DNA of 64,000 nucleotides from a virus. Taxonomy: Duplodnaviria > Caudoviricetes. The position numbers and the translations under genes are program-made. Shown here one piece after another: positions 28,979 to 37,832 of the stretch (the stretch's first letter is position 1; each line of letters opens with the position of its first letter). The notes under the pieces are model-generated. The model had not been told where the DNA came from, did not search any database, and saw only the letters and a program-made list of their open reading frames with translations. Location: the IMG/VR virus record IMGVR_UViG_3300044852_000015, positions 32,001-96,000 of that record, one strand, 5' to 3'.

Positions 28979-29599
28979 TTAACCAGGTATCGGTTTGCAA
29001 CGGTGAGTCATGAAGAGCAGTTCGGTTTCACGTTGGTTCTGAAGATTCTCATGAACCTCTACATCGAAGACGGAACCGATCACTTCTTCGGAGTTGTACA
29101 TATTGCAACGAGCTACTTGCAACGCTAGGATCAGGTTGAAGCAATCGGCCCGATCGGTAGTGAGCCGAGAGAACCCACCGTGGACGTCCAAGTACTTGGC
29201 TAGGTTGTCCCCCGCCCAGTGACGGATAGTCGAATCGAATTCCTGCTCACCCACATCCAGTCTTTGTGGGGCGGTGTTTCGCAGGTAGTCGTATCCGTGA
29301 TTCACCGCCTCCCAAGTAACGCGCTGCGGAAGGATCACAATGTGACGGTTGTAACCGTCCATGCGGTGGGACATCGCAGCGTTGACGAAGATGGGGCGGC
29401 TACCGAACCACGTTGGGTTACGACGGATGTGGTCCGCCAGAACCCTCTGTACTTGGTCTTTCAAACGGTCAAACCCGTAAGCTTGACTGGGAGGTAGCGA
29501 TGGACTGTAGATCTCCCACAGCTCTTTCAACCGACGCAGGTCGATTTCATTGAGTGTGTCACCACCGTCTACCGACATTGTAATATCAACGAGTGCCAT
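28979..29599 (-). CDS. Hypothetical protein
   Basis: AAGGAG RBS. Confidence 0.7.
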   Translation of the reverse strand: MALVDITMSVDGGDTLNEIDLRRLKELWEIYSPSLPPSQAYGFDRLKDQVQRVLADHIRRNPTWFGSRPIFVNAAMSHRMDGYNRHIVILPQRVTWEAVNHGYDYLRNTAPQRLDVGEQEFDSTIRHWAGDNLAKYLDVHGGFSRLTTDRADCFNLILALQVARCNMYNSEEVIGSVFDVEVHENLQNQRETELLFMTHRCKPIPG

Positions 29600-29608
29600 G
29601 TGAACTCC

Positions 29609-30106
29609 TTAGTTCGAGTGGATTGATTTGGTTTTAACAGGACGAGGGATTGGGTACTTCGATTTAGCGATGCGATACTGTTTGTGGTGCAGGACAATCA
29701 GCACCCGTTCACCGACCATCACTTCCAGCTTCTCAAAGACAGCGGTAGGCATTACGTACGCGTGGCCGGTATCAACCAGCACAATGCGTACCAACCCGTT
29801 GCTTTCAGTGACCGCTTGAATGAAGCCAGAGTCGTGGATCTTGGCGAGGTCGAAGTTAATCATCGACTCCGTTTCACGCTTCAGTACCATGTCGTGGTAC
29901 TTAGCCAAGATCTGAGCGTTGGGTTGAAGCACCACGTCCAGATCCGTAGGCTCACGGAACGCCGCCAGACGTTTCATAGCCAACACCCCTTGGAGCATTT
30001 TGATCTGGTCCTCCAAGTCTTTCTCAGACCAGTGGGTGTAGTCGTGACCACAACGACACGGGGTATCCCAACATTTGATGCAGTCAGACATTCCCATGAG
30101 TAACAC
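29609..30106 (-). CDS. Hypothetical protein with N-terminal CxxC..CxC
   Basis: CIKCWDTPCRCGH; start uncertain. Confidence 0.65.
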   Translation of the reverse strand: MLLMGMSDCIKCWDTPCRCGHDYTHWSEKDLEDQIKMLQGVLAMKRLAAFREPTDLDVVLQPNAQILAKYHDMVLKRETESMINFDLAKIHDSGFIQAVTESNGLVRIVLVDTGHAYVMPTAVFEKLEVMVGERVLIVLHHKQYRIAKSKYPIPRPVKTKSIHSN

Positions 30107-30827
30107 CCTCTTCAGTTACAGTGGATTCTTTACGGAAACGGATCAGGAACAACGCTTGACCTTTTTGGTTAGGGTCTTTGACGTCTAGGTAGATGTGTCG
30201 GGCCCTACTGTGGTATAGGTACTCGAGTTCCAGATCGCCATAAACGATTGGTTCCGGGTAACCCTTGGCACACGAAGGCATCTTGAGCTTACCGCTGTCC
30301 CAGATCCCCTCAGACGCCTTACGTTCGATCCCCACCAAATGGATAGCCTCAACAGCCCAGCCTTCCATCTGACGCGGTAGACGAGAGTCACGCCCCAGTT
30401 CCACACGGACGATACGCGACTTAACAACTGGTTTACGCTCACGGTTAATGAACTGCCGTTTGCGAGGAGTCTGTTGTGGGATAGTCCCCAACATCTGACC
30501 AATCTGAATCGGGTGTAGCGTTACTGTCCGCAGGATCTTCGGGAATGGTTTCTTGGAGAATGGTCCCAACGTCTGAATGGCTTCTTCCACCGGACGGACT
30601 TTCCCACCCCAAGCTTCGAGGACAATCGGATTAGAACGCTGACGGCGGAACGAGCAGAGCTGGTGATAGCAGTAATCCACCGGCTCGTCTTTCGCTTCTT
30701 CGCGAACACGCACACTACGAATGTAGGCAATCACACCTTCTTCCGTGACCCACGCATTCAGCCCTACGACCTTGGTGATCCAGGTGGAAGGAACCCAAGG
30801 TGCTGTTTTTCTGAGGTAGTTAGACAT
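30084..30827 (-). CDS. Hypothetical basic protein
   Basis: Likely start MSNYL overlapping the upstream gene. Confidence 0.65.
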   Translation of the reverse strand: MSNYLRKTAPWVPSTWITKVVGLNAWVTEEGVIAYIRSVRVREEAKDEPVDYCYHQLCSFRRQRSNPIVLEAWGGKVRPVEEAIQTLGPFSKKPFPKILRTVTLHPIQIGQMLGTIPQQTPRKRQFINRERKPVVKSRIVRVELGRDSRLPRQMEGWAVEAIHLVGIERKASEGIWDSGKLKMPSCAKGYPEPIVYGDLELEYLYHSRARHIYLDVKDPNQKGQALFLIRFRKESTVTEEGVTHGNV

Positions 30828-31122
30828 CTTTCTTACCGTCCTTATTCTTCGTCGCAGTGAAGTAGTACTTACCCTGATACTCGTAGACCTTACACCGGTC
30901 GCCCACACTGTACCCAAAGGCTTTCGCCATCTGCTTCTCGACATAGTAGAGCTGTCGGTGGTTGACCATGAAGATCATCCGGCTTTCAACTTTACTTTCT
31001 CGAACACCAGTAATTTCACCGGTGGCAACCACCATCGCCCCAACAGTCTTGGCGAGGTTCATTGGGATGTTCAGTGTTGCACTACGTGGGTTAGGTCGCG
31101 AGCTGCGTTCTTCAAAACACAT
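30820..31122 (-). CDS. Hypothetical protein
   Basis: ORF in operon, AAGGA RBS. Confidence 0.6.
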   Translation of the reverse strand: MCFEERSSRPNPRSATLNIPMNLAKTVGAMVVATGEITGVRESKVESRMIFMVNHRQLYYVEKQMAKAFGYSVGDRCKVYEYQGKYYFTATKNKDGKKDV

Positions 31123-31138
31123 GGTTGAAACATCCTTG

Positions 31139-31270
31139 TTAATTGGGCCAAACTATTGCGAGCAGGAAAAGGAAAGGAGCTGGGTCATACGCAATCAACC
31201 CAGCCAAACCAGCATACGTCAACCCCAGTGCCCACCAAGTGGCTGGAGCTATCTTTTCGTTTTGTGACAT
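31139..31270 (-). CDS. Small membrane peptide, 43 aa
   Basis: MSQNEKIAPATWWALGLTYAGLAGLIAYDPAPFLFLLAIVWPN; fills the gap; translated by hand. Confidence 0.5.
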   Translation of the reverse strand: MSQNEKIAPATWWALGLTYAGLAGLIAYDPAPFLFLLAIVWPN

Positions 31271-31271
31271 C

Positions 31272-31724
31272 TTAGCTCTCTTCGGCTACATGGATGTGTT
31301 TACGTCTGGCGTGAGCGAACATCTTGTTGACTGTTCCACCCGCACCCTTTAGTACAAACAGGAAGTTCCCATTACTCGTACCGTAGTGTCGCATCTGAGT
31401 TCCGTTGATCAACATCATCCAGTCAGCAATCTCACTGGTGACGGTGTCTTCACGGGCCGGAGGTAGGTAAACCTGCTGTTCCCCAAAGACCACAGGCTCA
31501 CTGTCTGGATTCAGCACGAACAACACGTACAGGTTGTTGTCCTCCAGCAGTTCATCCTCAATCCTCAGGACGTTGTAGTACGGGTAGTGATCGAGAGACG
31601 GGCTCTCAAATACGTCCCCCACAATTGGTGCGTCAGCAAACGCCGGGATGTGACCCAAGTAAAACAGCGTGTCATCCACCTTGGGTGTTTCATCGAAGCG
31701 ATAGACCACTAATGTGACCGCCAT
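31272..31724 (-). CDS. Hypothetical protein
   Basis: AAGG RBS. Confidence 0.65.
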   Translation of the reverse strand: MAVTLVVYRFDETPKVDDTLFYLGHIPAFADAPIVGDVFESPSLDHYPYYNVLRIEDELLEDNNLYVLFVLNPDSEPVVFGEQQVYLPPAREDTVTSEIADWMMLINGTQMRHYGTSNGNFLFVLKGAGGTVNKMFAHARRKHIHVAEES

Positions 31725-31739
31725 GACTATTACCTTTCT

Positions 31740-32042
31740 TTACGCTCTGCAACGAGCATGTGGATTCTTAACACGGTTTATTTGGGCTGAAGTCAAAGCG
31801 ACCTCTTCCGGCTCCCCAGGCGCTAAGTATTTGGGATCGACATGAAGGGTACCGTCCCATGCCCCACCGGAAATGTATAACACCTCCAGGTTTGAGCAGT
31901 CGCGTTTGAAAGTACCGGTTAGCAACTTTGCTACGGTAATCTTCCCCGTGCGATCACGGTTCCAACGTTTGGTGATTTCAAGGGCTGCAAACACAACAGT
32001 CAACCCATCACGACCCTTGTACGCCTTAATCTTAAAATCCAT
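31740..32042 (-). CDS. Hypothetical protein
   Basis: GAGG RBS. Confidence 0.65.
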   Translation of the reverse strand: MDFKIKAYKGRDGLTVVFAALEITKRWNRDRTGKITVAKLLTGTFKRDCSNLEVLYISGGAWDGTLHVDPKYLAPGEPEEVALTSAQINRVKNPHARCRA

Positions 32043-32061
32043 CCTGCGTTACCTCTTATTG

Positions 32062-32601
32062 TCAGCTTTCGCGTTTAGTCCCCCGCACAGCACGACCTTT
32101 ACCCTTACGAGGAAACCGTTCGTTGAGTTCCTTAATGATGTCGGGGATCTGAAGCTTGACGATCCGTGCCGAACTGCTTCTGAGAGTTTGCTGTACTATC
32201 GCTAGCGCAGCATCCAAGTTGTCGTCTGTCGCATCCAGAGCCGCAGTCCAGACCTCTTCCAGATCCATCGTGTTGCTGCGACAGTGCACGACTTCAGGAC
32301 CCCATGGTAAGATACGGCGAATCATGCCGACCTGACCAGTTGGACGACTACTCCATTCTTCCAGCTCTCCTTCATGGGTGATAAGGTAGGCCTTGATAGT
32401 ACCCTCAATCATCACCTCAAGATCACGATCGCCGTTCAGGTACGCCAGCACGTTCAGGCCGTTAAATTCCATCGGGATGATAAAACCCCAATCGGAATAG
32501 TAGTAGCTCACCGGGACTTTAGCAATCAGCCCGTTGGGCTTGATCAGGTCTTGGAAGAACATGACTTCGTTACCGACTACAGCGGCGAAATTGTAAGCCA
32601 T
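32062..32601 (-). CDS. Hypothetical protein, possible inactive Ntn-fold paralog
   Basis: Coupled (TAATG) to the upstream Ntn-like gene; similar predicted layout and FPR plus basic tail. Confidence 0.5.
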   Translation of the reverse strand: MAYNFAAVVGNEVMFFQDLIKPNGLIAKVPVSYYYSDWGFIIPMEFNGLNVLAYLNGDRDLEVMIEGTIKAYLITHEGELEEWSSRPTGQVGMIRRILPWGPEVVHCRSNTMDLEEVWTAALDATDDNLDAALAIVQQTLRSSSARIVKLQIPDIIKELNERFPRKGKGRAVRGTKRES

Positions 32602-33209
32602 TACTTAGCTCTCCTTGGAGCACGAGGTTTCTTGGGTTCTACTACAGGTTTGGCTTCACGAGGGAAGGTGTCCAGCGTAGACATGGACAGTGCTTGTACC
32701 GGACCACCACAGGTGTTAGCCAATAGACTGATGCGGCGGATGATCTCCGGGGCGTCAAAACCAGCTTTGTAGAACACGTTGGCAAAGTTACCCTCAGAAC
32801 CTTCCGTCCAGTACTGGGTTGGATCAATGGAACTGACTACAGCCCCCTCATCCACGTCTCGTTCGATTACCCACGCGTGTTCCTGAGTCACCAGAAACAT
32901 CCGACGGATAACCTTTATGCCCTTAGCAGACATCCCACACAACAACCCACGTTCTTCCTCAGAGAACTCCAACGGATTCCCAGCGTCATACGACAAATAA
33001 AAAGCGGCCAGTCGAGGGACGATGAAACCCCAGACGAGGGCCATCTCCGTAGAGTTGAATTCGCCACCCACAATGCCAAGAGCAGCACGCTTGCAGGGAC
33101 TTACAAAAAGCTTCTGACCGAAAGCGATGTACTCATCGCGAGCATTGATGTTCATCAACATCTGGCTGTCAGTAGCCAGAATACCATTTAACAGAACTGC
33201 CTGTGACAT
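32601..33209 (-). CDS. Proteasome-beta/HslV-like Ntn hydrolase
   Basis: M-SQAVLLNGILATDSQ, QKLF, GIVG, EGSEG, TCGGPV match the TT..DG.LAADSQ / K / GSG / TGG pattern. Confidence 0.6.
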   Translation of the reverse strand: MSQAVLLNGILATDSQMLMNINARDEYIAFGQKLFVSPCKRAALGIVGGEFNSTEMALVWGFIVPRLAAFYLSYDAGNPLEFSEEERGLLCGMSAKGIKVIRRMFLVTQEHAWVIERDVDEGAVVSSIDPTQYWTEGSEGNFANVFYKAGFDAPEIIRRISLLANTCGGPVQALSMSTLDTFPREAKPVVEPKKPRAPRRAK

Positions 33210-33281
33210 TTTACATGCTCCCTTGAGCTGACGGCATAAAGAGTGTGGGGTTGGCCCTCCACACTCCTTGTGTTTTACGGC

Positions 33282-33542
33282 TTAGCCTTGGACGCGAGCT
33301 TCCAGGCAGCCAGTGCGACCGGTCTTGGCCGCAGGTTTGAAGTTCGGGTGTTCCGAGCCAGTCAGTACGCCAGTGGCGTCGAAGGACAACTTGGAACCGA
33401 CGACGGTTTCTTTCGGCAGTTGGCCGTCAGCGATTTCCATAGTGACCAGTTCATTGGCCTCGTTCATCACGGTCAGCGAGCAACCAGCAACTTTCACGAA
33501 AGAAACGGTGGTAGCTTTTTCCAGAGCGGTAGACAATTTCAT
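33282..33542 (-). CDS. Hypothetical early protein
   Basis: Monocistronic between an early promoter and a terminator. Confidence 0.7.
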   Translation of the reverse strand: MKLSTALEKATTVSFVKVAGCSLTVMNEANELVTMEIADGQLPKETVVGSKLSFDATGVLTGSEHPNFKPAAKTGRTGCLEARVQG

Positions 33543-33590
33543 GAACAGCTTTCCTTGTACAAGGTTGGTTTTGGTTTGGTTATTACACTT

Positions 33591-33610
33591 AGGTAATATA
33601 TACCTGAGTT
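33591..33610 (-). promoter_or_regulatory. Early promoter (TATATTAC)
   Basis: Minus strand AACTCAGGTATATATTACCT. Confidence 0.75.
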
Positions 33611-34454
33611 ATGTTTCAATCAAAGGTTGTGTTTCAGACACAGTGAAGGTCATGAGGGTGACGATGCCTTCAATGACGTTCCCCGGATACACCCGCATGG
33701 CTGACCGAGTTTCGTCGGTATACCCAAGGAAGATACAGTACCCGAAACCCGGAGACTCAATCATCTGTCCTTCTTCGAACGGAGTGCTAGCCATGTAGGC
33801 GTCGTACTCAGCACGCAGTCGGTCACGGTTCTTCTGGTCGTGGTCAACGAAGCGCGCGCTGGGTTCCCACTCACCGATGTCGATGGTTAGACCGTAGGTA
33901 CCGTAGCCTGCGTAGTACGAAAACGCTTCACAGTGTTCGCCACCACGATCCACACACAAAGCAGCCACTTCAAAGATCGCAACGTTACCCCACAGGTCGT
34001 GAGTCTCCGTCTTACCTACGTAAACGTGTAACCCACGCTCAATGTAGATCGGATCACCATTCCAATCGTAGCCCAGTCTAAGACGCTTCTGACCACGTTT
34101 GTACGGAGAGTCATTCCGGTAGACCCTCCAGATCAGAGCATTCAACTCTCGATTAGGCTTCAGGTCAAACTCTTGGACCGGGTCTACGGTGAGTTCGATG
34201 AAGTTGTTCCAACCAATCAGCATGTTGGCGTGGTCGTGTGGGCGGAAGTACGAGAGTCGCTTATCTGTCCGGTCAACCCCGGTTACGAAATAGACGTTCC
34301 CTTCAGGTCCTGAACCCGACGTCACCCCACGCATCTTGACATAGGGTCTGGTTTTGAGCATGTGTTCAACACGAAACAAAGTACCCATCAAGGTGGGAAC
34401 GTAGGGAGTCACCGTACACCACTTGTAGATGGCACGAGCTATACGCTTTAGCAT
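33609..34454 (-). CDS. Hypothetical protein
   Basis: 281 aa, AAGGA RBS. Confidence 0.7.
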   Translation of the reverse strand: MLKRIARAIYKWCTVTPYVPTLMGTLFRVEHMLKTRPYVKMRGVTSGSGPEGNVYFVTGVDRTDKRLSYFRPHDHANMLIGWNNFIELTVDPVQEFDLKPNRELNALIWRVYRNDSPYKRGQKRLRLGYDWNGDPIYIERGLHVYVGKTETHDLWGNVAIFEVAALCVDRGGEHCEAFSYYAGYGTYGLTIDIGEWEPSARFVDHDQKNRDRLRAEYDAYMASTPFEEGQMIESPGFGYCIFLGYTDETRSAMRVYPGNVIEGIVTLMTFTVSETQPLIET

Positions 34455-34525
34455 GGAGCATCCTTAACAAAAAAAGAACCCCGGTGGCAAGGGGAGAGGA
34501 ATTGCTCCACCGGGGGTTTCCGAAG

Positions 34526-35134
34526 TTAAAACAGGTTGCGCTGTAACCCTTTGAAGTTACAGTTGATCGCTTCCACGAGATCGTCGATCAATCTACGCGC
34601 CTTATGTAAAGCTTCCAGTTGGTCAGCCTTAATAGTAGCGGGAATGTAGGTCACTCGCAACTTGTCCTTATACAGGCCAGTCACGTAATGCTCACAGATC
34701 CACTTCGGCGCGTATTGTCGAGCTAAGTCCTCAACCCACATCTCCGCCCACCAATCCGTCTTCTTCAATCGCGTCAGGTCCGGTATAGGGATCACGACGT
34801 TAATCTTAGGGATCTTCGGGTCAGTTACCAGCTCTGCCCGAGTCACCCGTTCGACTGACAATAGGATTGGTACAACCTCATCACTACATTGGGCAGGTCT
34901 GTAGAAGTAAACACCTTGCCGGAATTGCCCGAAGCAACGCCCGTAAGGATTGTTGTCCGACCACAGACTTACCTCTTCGTCCTCTACAGCAAACTCAAAC
35001 TTGTAGATAGCGTAGTTGATGGGGGCTACGACTTCGTTGTGGTACTTATAGAGAGTGATTTGAGCGATCCGGTGAATCCATTCAGGATCAGTGAGATCCG
35101 TCATCATGTTCAGTGGTCCGAATAGCGTCAACAT
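34526..35134 (-). CDS. Hypothetical protein, paralog of the upstream gene
   Basis: Likely start MLTLFG; shares YxPKW..Y..G..DK.R..Y.P.T. Confidence 0.7.
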   Translation of the reverse strand: MLTLFGPLNMMTDLTDPEWIHRIAQITLYKYHNEVVAPINYAIYKFEFAVEDEEVSLWSDNNPYGRCFGQFRQGVYFYRPAQCSDEVVPILLSVERVTRAELVTDPKIPKINVVIPIPDLTRLKKTDWWAEMWVEDLARQYAPKWICEHYVTGLYKDKLRVTYIPATIKADQLEALHKARRLIDDLVEAINCNFKGLQRNLF

Positions 35135-35144
35135 CGCACACCCC

Positions 35145-35756
35145 CTAGAGACCGTCGAGGAATTCCTGTTGGGAACCGTGGTCAGACACGCAGGTTGGTA
35201 ACTGCTCCATGATCGTCTCACCAAAGCCCATCAGGTTTGTGATCAGGGTAGCCACTGCGGTTGGGTTGACAGTCAGGGGAACGTAATCCAAACGGATCTT
35301 GTCATTCCCGATCTTACCGAACACGTAGCCCTTAGCACCCCACTTGGGTTTGTAACGTTCTATCACCGCCACAACATCGGGATGGTGATACCAGTGGGTG
35401 GAGTTCAGGCTGTCGCGGTCTACCACGGCTACGATGCTGACGCGAGGGATGTCCTCAACAATCGGCAAGCGTGCCTTCTTAACCACCTTGGTGTTGGTGA
35501 TCTTGATAGGATCGCCTTTGTACACCCAGTTCACCCCGTGGTCGTACAACCCAGGCGCCAGATCGACATCGGGCAAGGCGTACTTCTCTGGATTGATCAC
35601 GTCCTTCTCAGGAATGTCCAGAGTTAGTTCGATGACGTTCTGATCGAGATCCGGCGTCACCGATTTGGCATCACGCTTCAACCGCAGGGTGATTTCACTT
35701 TTAGTGAACAACTCCGGCAAAGGGTAGTGCATGTTAATTGCCATGTACAATTTCAT
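35145..35756 (-). CDS. Hypothetical protein, paralog of the downstream gene
   Basis: Likely start MKLY with GAGG RBS. Confidence 0.7.
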   Translation of the reverse strand: MKLYMAINMHYPLPELFTKSEITLRLKRDAKSVTPDLDQNVIELTLDIPEKDVINPEKYALPDVDLAPGLYDHGVNWVYKGDPIKITNTKVVKKARLPIVEDIPRVSIVAVVDRDSLNSTHWYHHPDVVAVIERYKPKWGAKGYVFGKIGNDKIRLDYVPLTVNPTAVATLITNLMGFGETIMEQLPTCVSDHGSQQEFLDGL

Positions 35757-35763
35757 GGTTGCC

Positions 35764-36294
35764 TCACTTACAGAACTTGTTGCTATCGACAACAGCACTG
35801 CGACCTTTCACGTAGAACGCGTAGGTCTGTGCTGGCTTGGTTTTCATTTTACCGTATTCACCTTCAGAGGTCTTCATCGACCACCAACCTTCAGAACCAC
35901 CAATACCGAACACCACCGCGTCATTACCTTTGTACTCGATGGTGGTGGACACTTCGATCTTGGCGGTATCAATGATACGGATGCCAAAGATGTCAAAGTA
36001 GTTGTACTGGTACTCACGAACGCCAGTAACCTTTTCCCCACCGACATCCACCGAACAAGGACGCATGTCTGTTACAACTTGAGTCACACGGTTTTTGTAG
36101 GCATCGTTTACAAAGTACCCCAGTACAGAAGCTGCGATGATTACCACCACAGCGATCTGTACTTTTGTCCAGAACCAGATACGGCGCGCTACGCTTTGTT
36201 TGGTCTGGAGTTTTTCACGGGCTACGGAACCAGCATCGACTTCAGGAGTTTCTACTGCTGCTGCGGATGCCATTGGGAGGGACATGTCGTTCAT
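35764..36294 (-). CDS. Single-pass membrane protein
   Basis: TM segment IAVVVIIAASVLGYFV followed by a beta-rich domain. Confidence 0.7.
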   Translation of the reverse strand: MNDMSLPMASAAAVETPEVDAGSVAREKLQTKQSVARRIWFWTKVQIAVVVIIAASVLGYFVNDAYKNRVTQVVTDMRPCSVDVGGEKVTGVREYQYNYFDIFGIRIIDTAKIEVSTTIEYKGNDAVVFGIGGSEGWWSMKTSEGEYGKMKTKPAQTYAFYVKGRSAVVDSNKFCK

Positions 36295-36328
36295 GAGTGT
36301 TTTCCTTACTTAAGGTTGGGAGTTACGA

Positions 36329-36871
36329 TTAGGTACGGCGTTTGAAGTGGTGGGTGGGTGGAACGTTTTCGGCAATGAGCTGATCCCATTTACCGTTGGC
36401 TGCACAGCGCAGCGGCCAGAATACGTCAGCACCGATGATAGCCGAATTGGACATCACAAAGGTGAACGCAGTCGGGAGTTGATGTTCGCGCAGGAACTTG
36501 TCGAACCATTCAATGCGAGCCATGTCAGTTTGGAACGCTTTACGGCGCTGGGTCAGACTAGGTACAGTTTTGGGTTTGGTCAGCTCGTGTTTCATAGTTG
36601 CCCAAGACTTTTCGTCCAACACCGTGTAGTACGTTGTTTGTTCGGTGTTGTTACGCGGCATCGTCATGACTTCTTCTTGACGTTGTGCGATCAAGCTGAG
36701 CATCCCACGGGTGGTGCGCTCCTCGTCGGTGAATGGTACCAACTTGTCAGTCAGGGGCACCAACTTACCGAGGTTGAAGATTTCAGTGTACGGTTCCAGA
36801 GAAGCCAAGTCGTCAATGAGAACCCAGTTGACGTCAGGGCGGCGATTGGTGTGGAGAGCTGGATCAAACAT
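36329..36871 (-). CDS. Hypothetical protein
   Basis: ORF in coupled operon. Confidence 0.65.
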   Translation of the reverse strand: MFDPALHTNRRPDVNWVLIDDLASLEPYTEIFNLGKLVPLTDKLVPFTDEERTTRGMLSLIAQRQEEVMTMPRNNTEQTTYYTVLDEKSWATMKHELTKPKTVPSLTQRRKAFQTDMARIEWFDKFLREHQLPTAFTFVMSNSAIIGADVFWPLRCAANGKWDQLIAENVPPTHHFKRRT

Positions 36872-37424
36872 TGGCCATTGTCTCCCGTGGGATCAGGATG
36901 GCTTTAGGGATCAACAACATAGCCCCATCGAACTCTTTGTCCATCTTGTAGCCGAGGTAGGTAATGTCTTTGAGGATCTTACCCAGCCGACCAGATTTGA
37001 TGGTGTACTGCTTCATTTCAACAGGACCATTGTCACCATACTCGATTGGGGCGTGCATGGTGCCGAAGAACTCAAAGCCATTGCGATGCAGTGCAAGCAT
37101 CAGCGTTGCGTTGATCTGGGGTCCGTAGTGTGCGAGAGTTTGGGGATTGTAGACACCCAGGCGATTCAACATTGAAGTGGCCGAAACCGGCATACCGAAA
37201 TAGTGATCGGTAACACCCATCTCTCTGAAGATTACGAACTCCGATTTCCCACCGTTCATGACAGAAGGCAACAGTTTTGGATCGAACGTGCGGAAGAACA
37301 CGTCACCAGACGCCCATTGAAGGAAGGCTGCATCAACGAGTTGACTAGGGGTTAGATCCGGGGTGGTACCCAACCATGCGTCGAGAGATTGACTGACGTT
37401 AGATTTCGGTTGTTGAAGGGCCAT
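36864..37424 (-). CDS. Hypothetical protein
   Basis: TAATG coupling. Confidence 0.65.
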   Translation of the reverse strand: MALQQPKSNVSQSLDAWLGTTPDLTPSQLVDAAFLQWASGDVFFRTFDPKLLPSVMNGGKSEFVIFREMGVTDHYFGMPVSATSMLNRLGVYNPQTLAHYGPQINATLMLALHRNGFEFFGTMHAPIEYGDNGPVEMKQYTIKSGRLGKILKDITYLGYKMDKEFDGAMLLIPKAILIPRETMANV

Positions 37425-37723
37425 TACTTTTGCTCCATAGCAGGATGGGGTTGTTGTAGCATGTATCGCTTGATACCGTCGATGATGTGTGCTGTGGTGT
37501 TACGGTCAACAGTGGATTCGCTCAAGGCGTTCTCCACTACGTCGAGTGTTTGGAAATCCCACCACTCGTTCTTACGGGCTTCATCAACAAAGCCTACCCA
37601 ATCAACCTTCATCGAGTGTTGGTTGAGTAGGATGTCCAAGGCGTTCTCTAGTGGCATCCCGTGGGTTGCTTTCAACTGGAACAATTTAGCCCCAGAATAA
37701 GGTGATTTGTTAGCCAACGACAT
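37424..37723 (-). CDS. Small protein resembling an alanyl-tRNA synthetase helical segment
   Basis: SGAKLFQLKATHGMPL...D....KVDWVGF versus AlaRS DGETAFRLYDTYGFPV...D....KVDEAGF. Confidence 0.65.
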   Translation of the reverse strand: MSLANKSPYSGAKLFQLKATHGMPLENALDILLNQHSMKVDWVGFVDEARKNEWWDFQTLDVVENALSESTVDRNTTAHIIDGIKRYMLQQPHPAMEQK

Positions 37724-37757
37724 AACTCCTTAGTTAAATCCGATTCGGTGTACGCTT

Positions 37758-37777
37758 AGGTAATATAGGTTTGAAAC
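37758..37777 (-). promoter_or_regulatory. Early promoter (TATATTAC)
   Basis: Minus strand GTTTCAAACCTATATTACCT. Confidence 0.8.
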
Positions 37778-37792
37778 TATTTTCAAACGAAC

Positions 37793-37831
37793 AAAAAGAA
37801 AAGGGCGTGAACCCTTTTCTTTCTTTATGCC
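37793..37831. terminator. Terminator hairpin
   Basis: AAAGAAAAGGG-CGTGAA-CCCTTTTCTTT plus TTTATGCC. Confidence 0.75.
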
Positions 37832-37832
37832 G

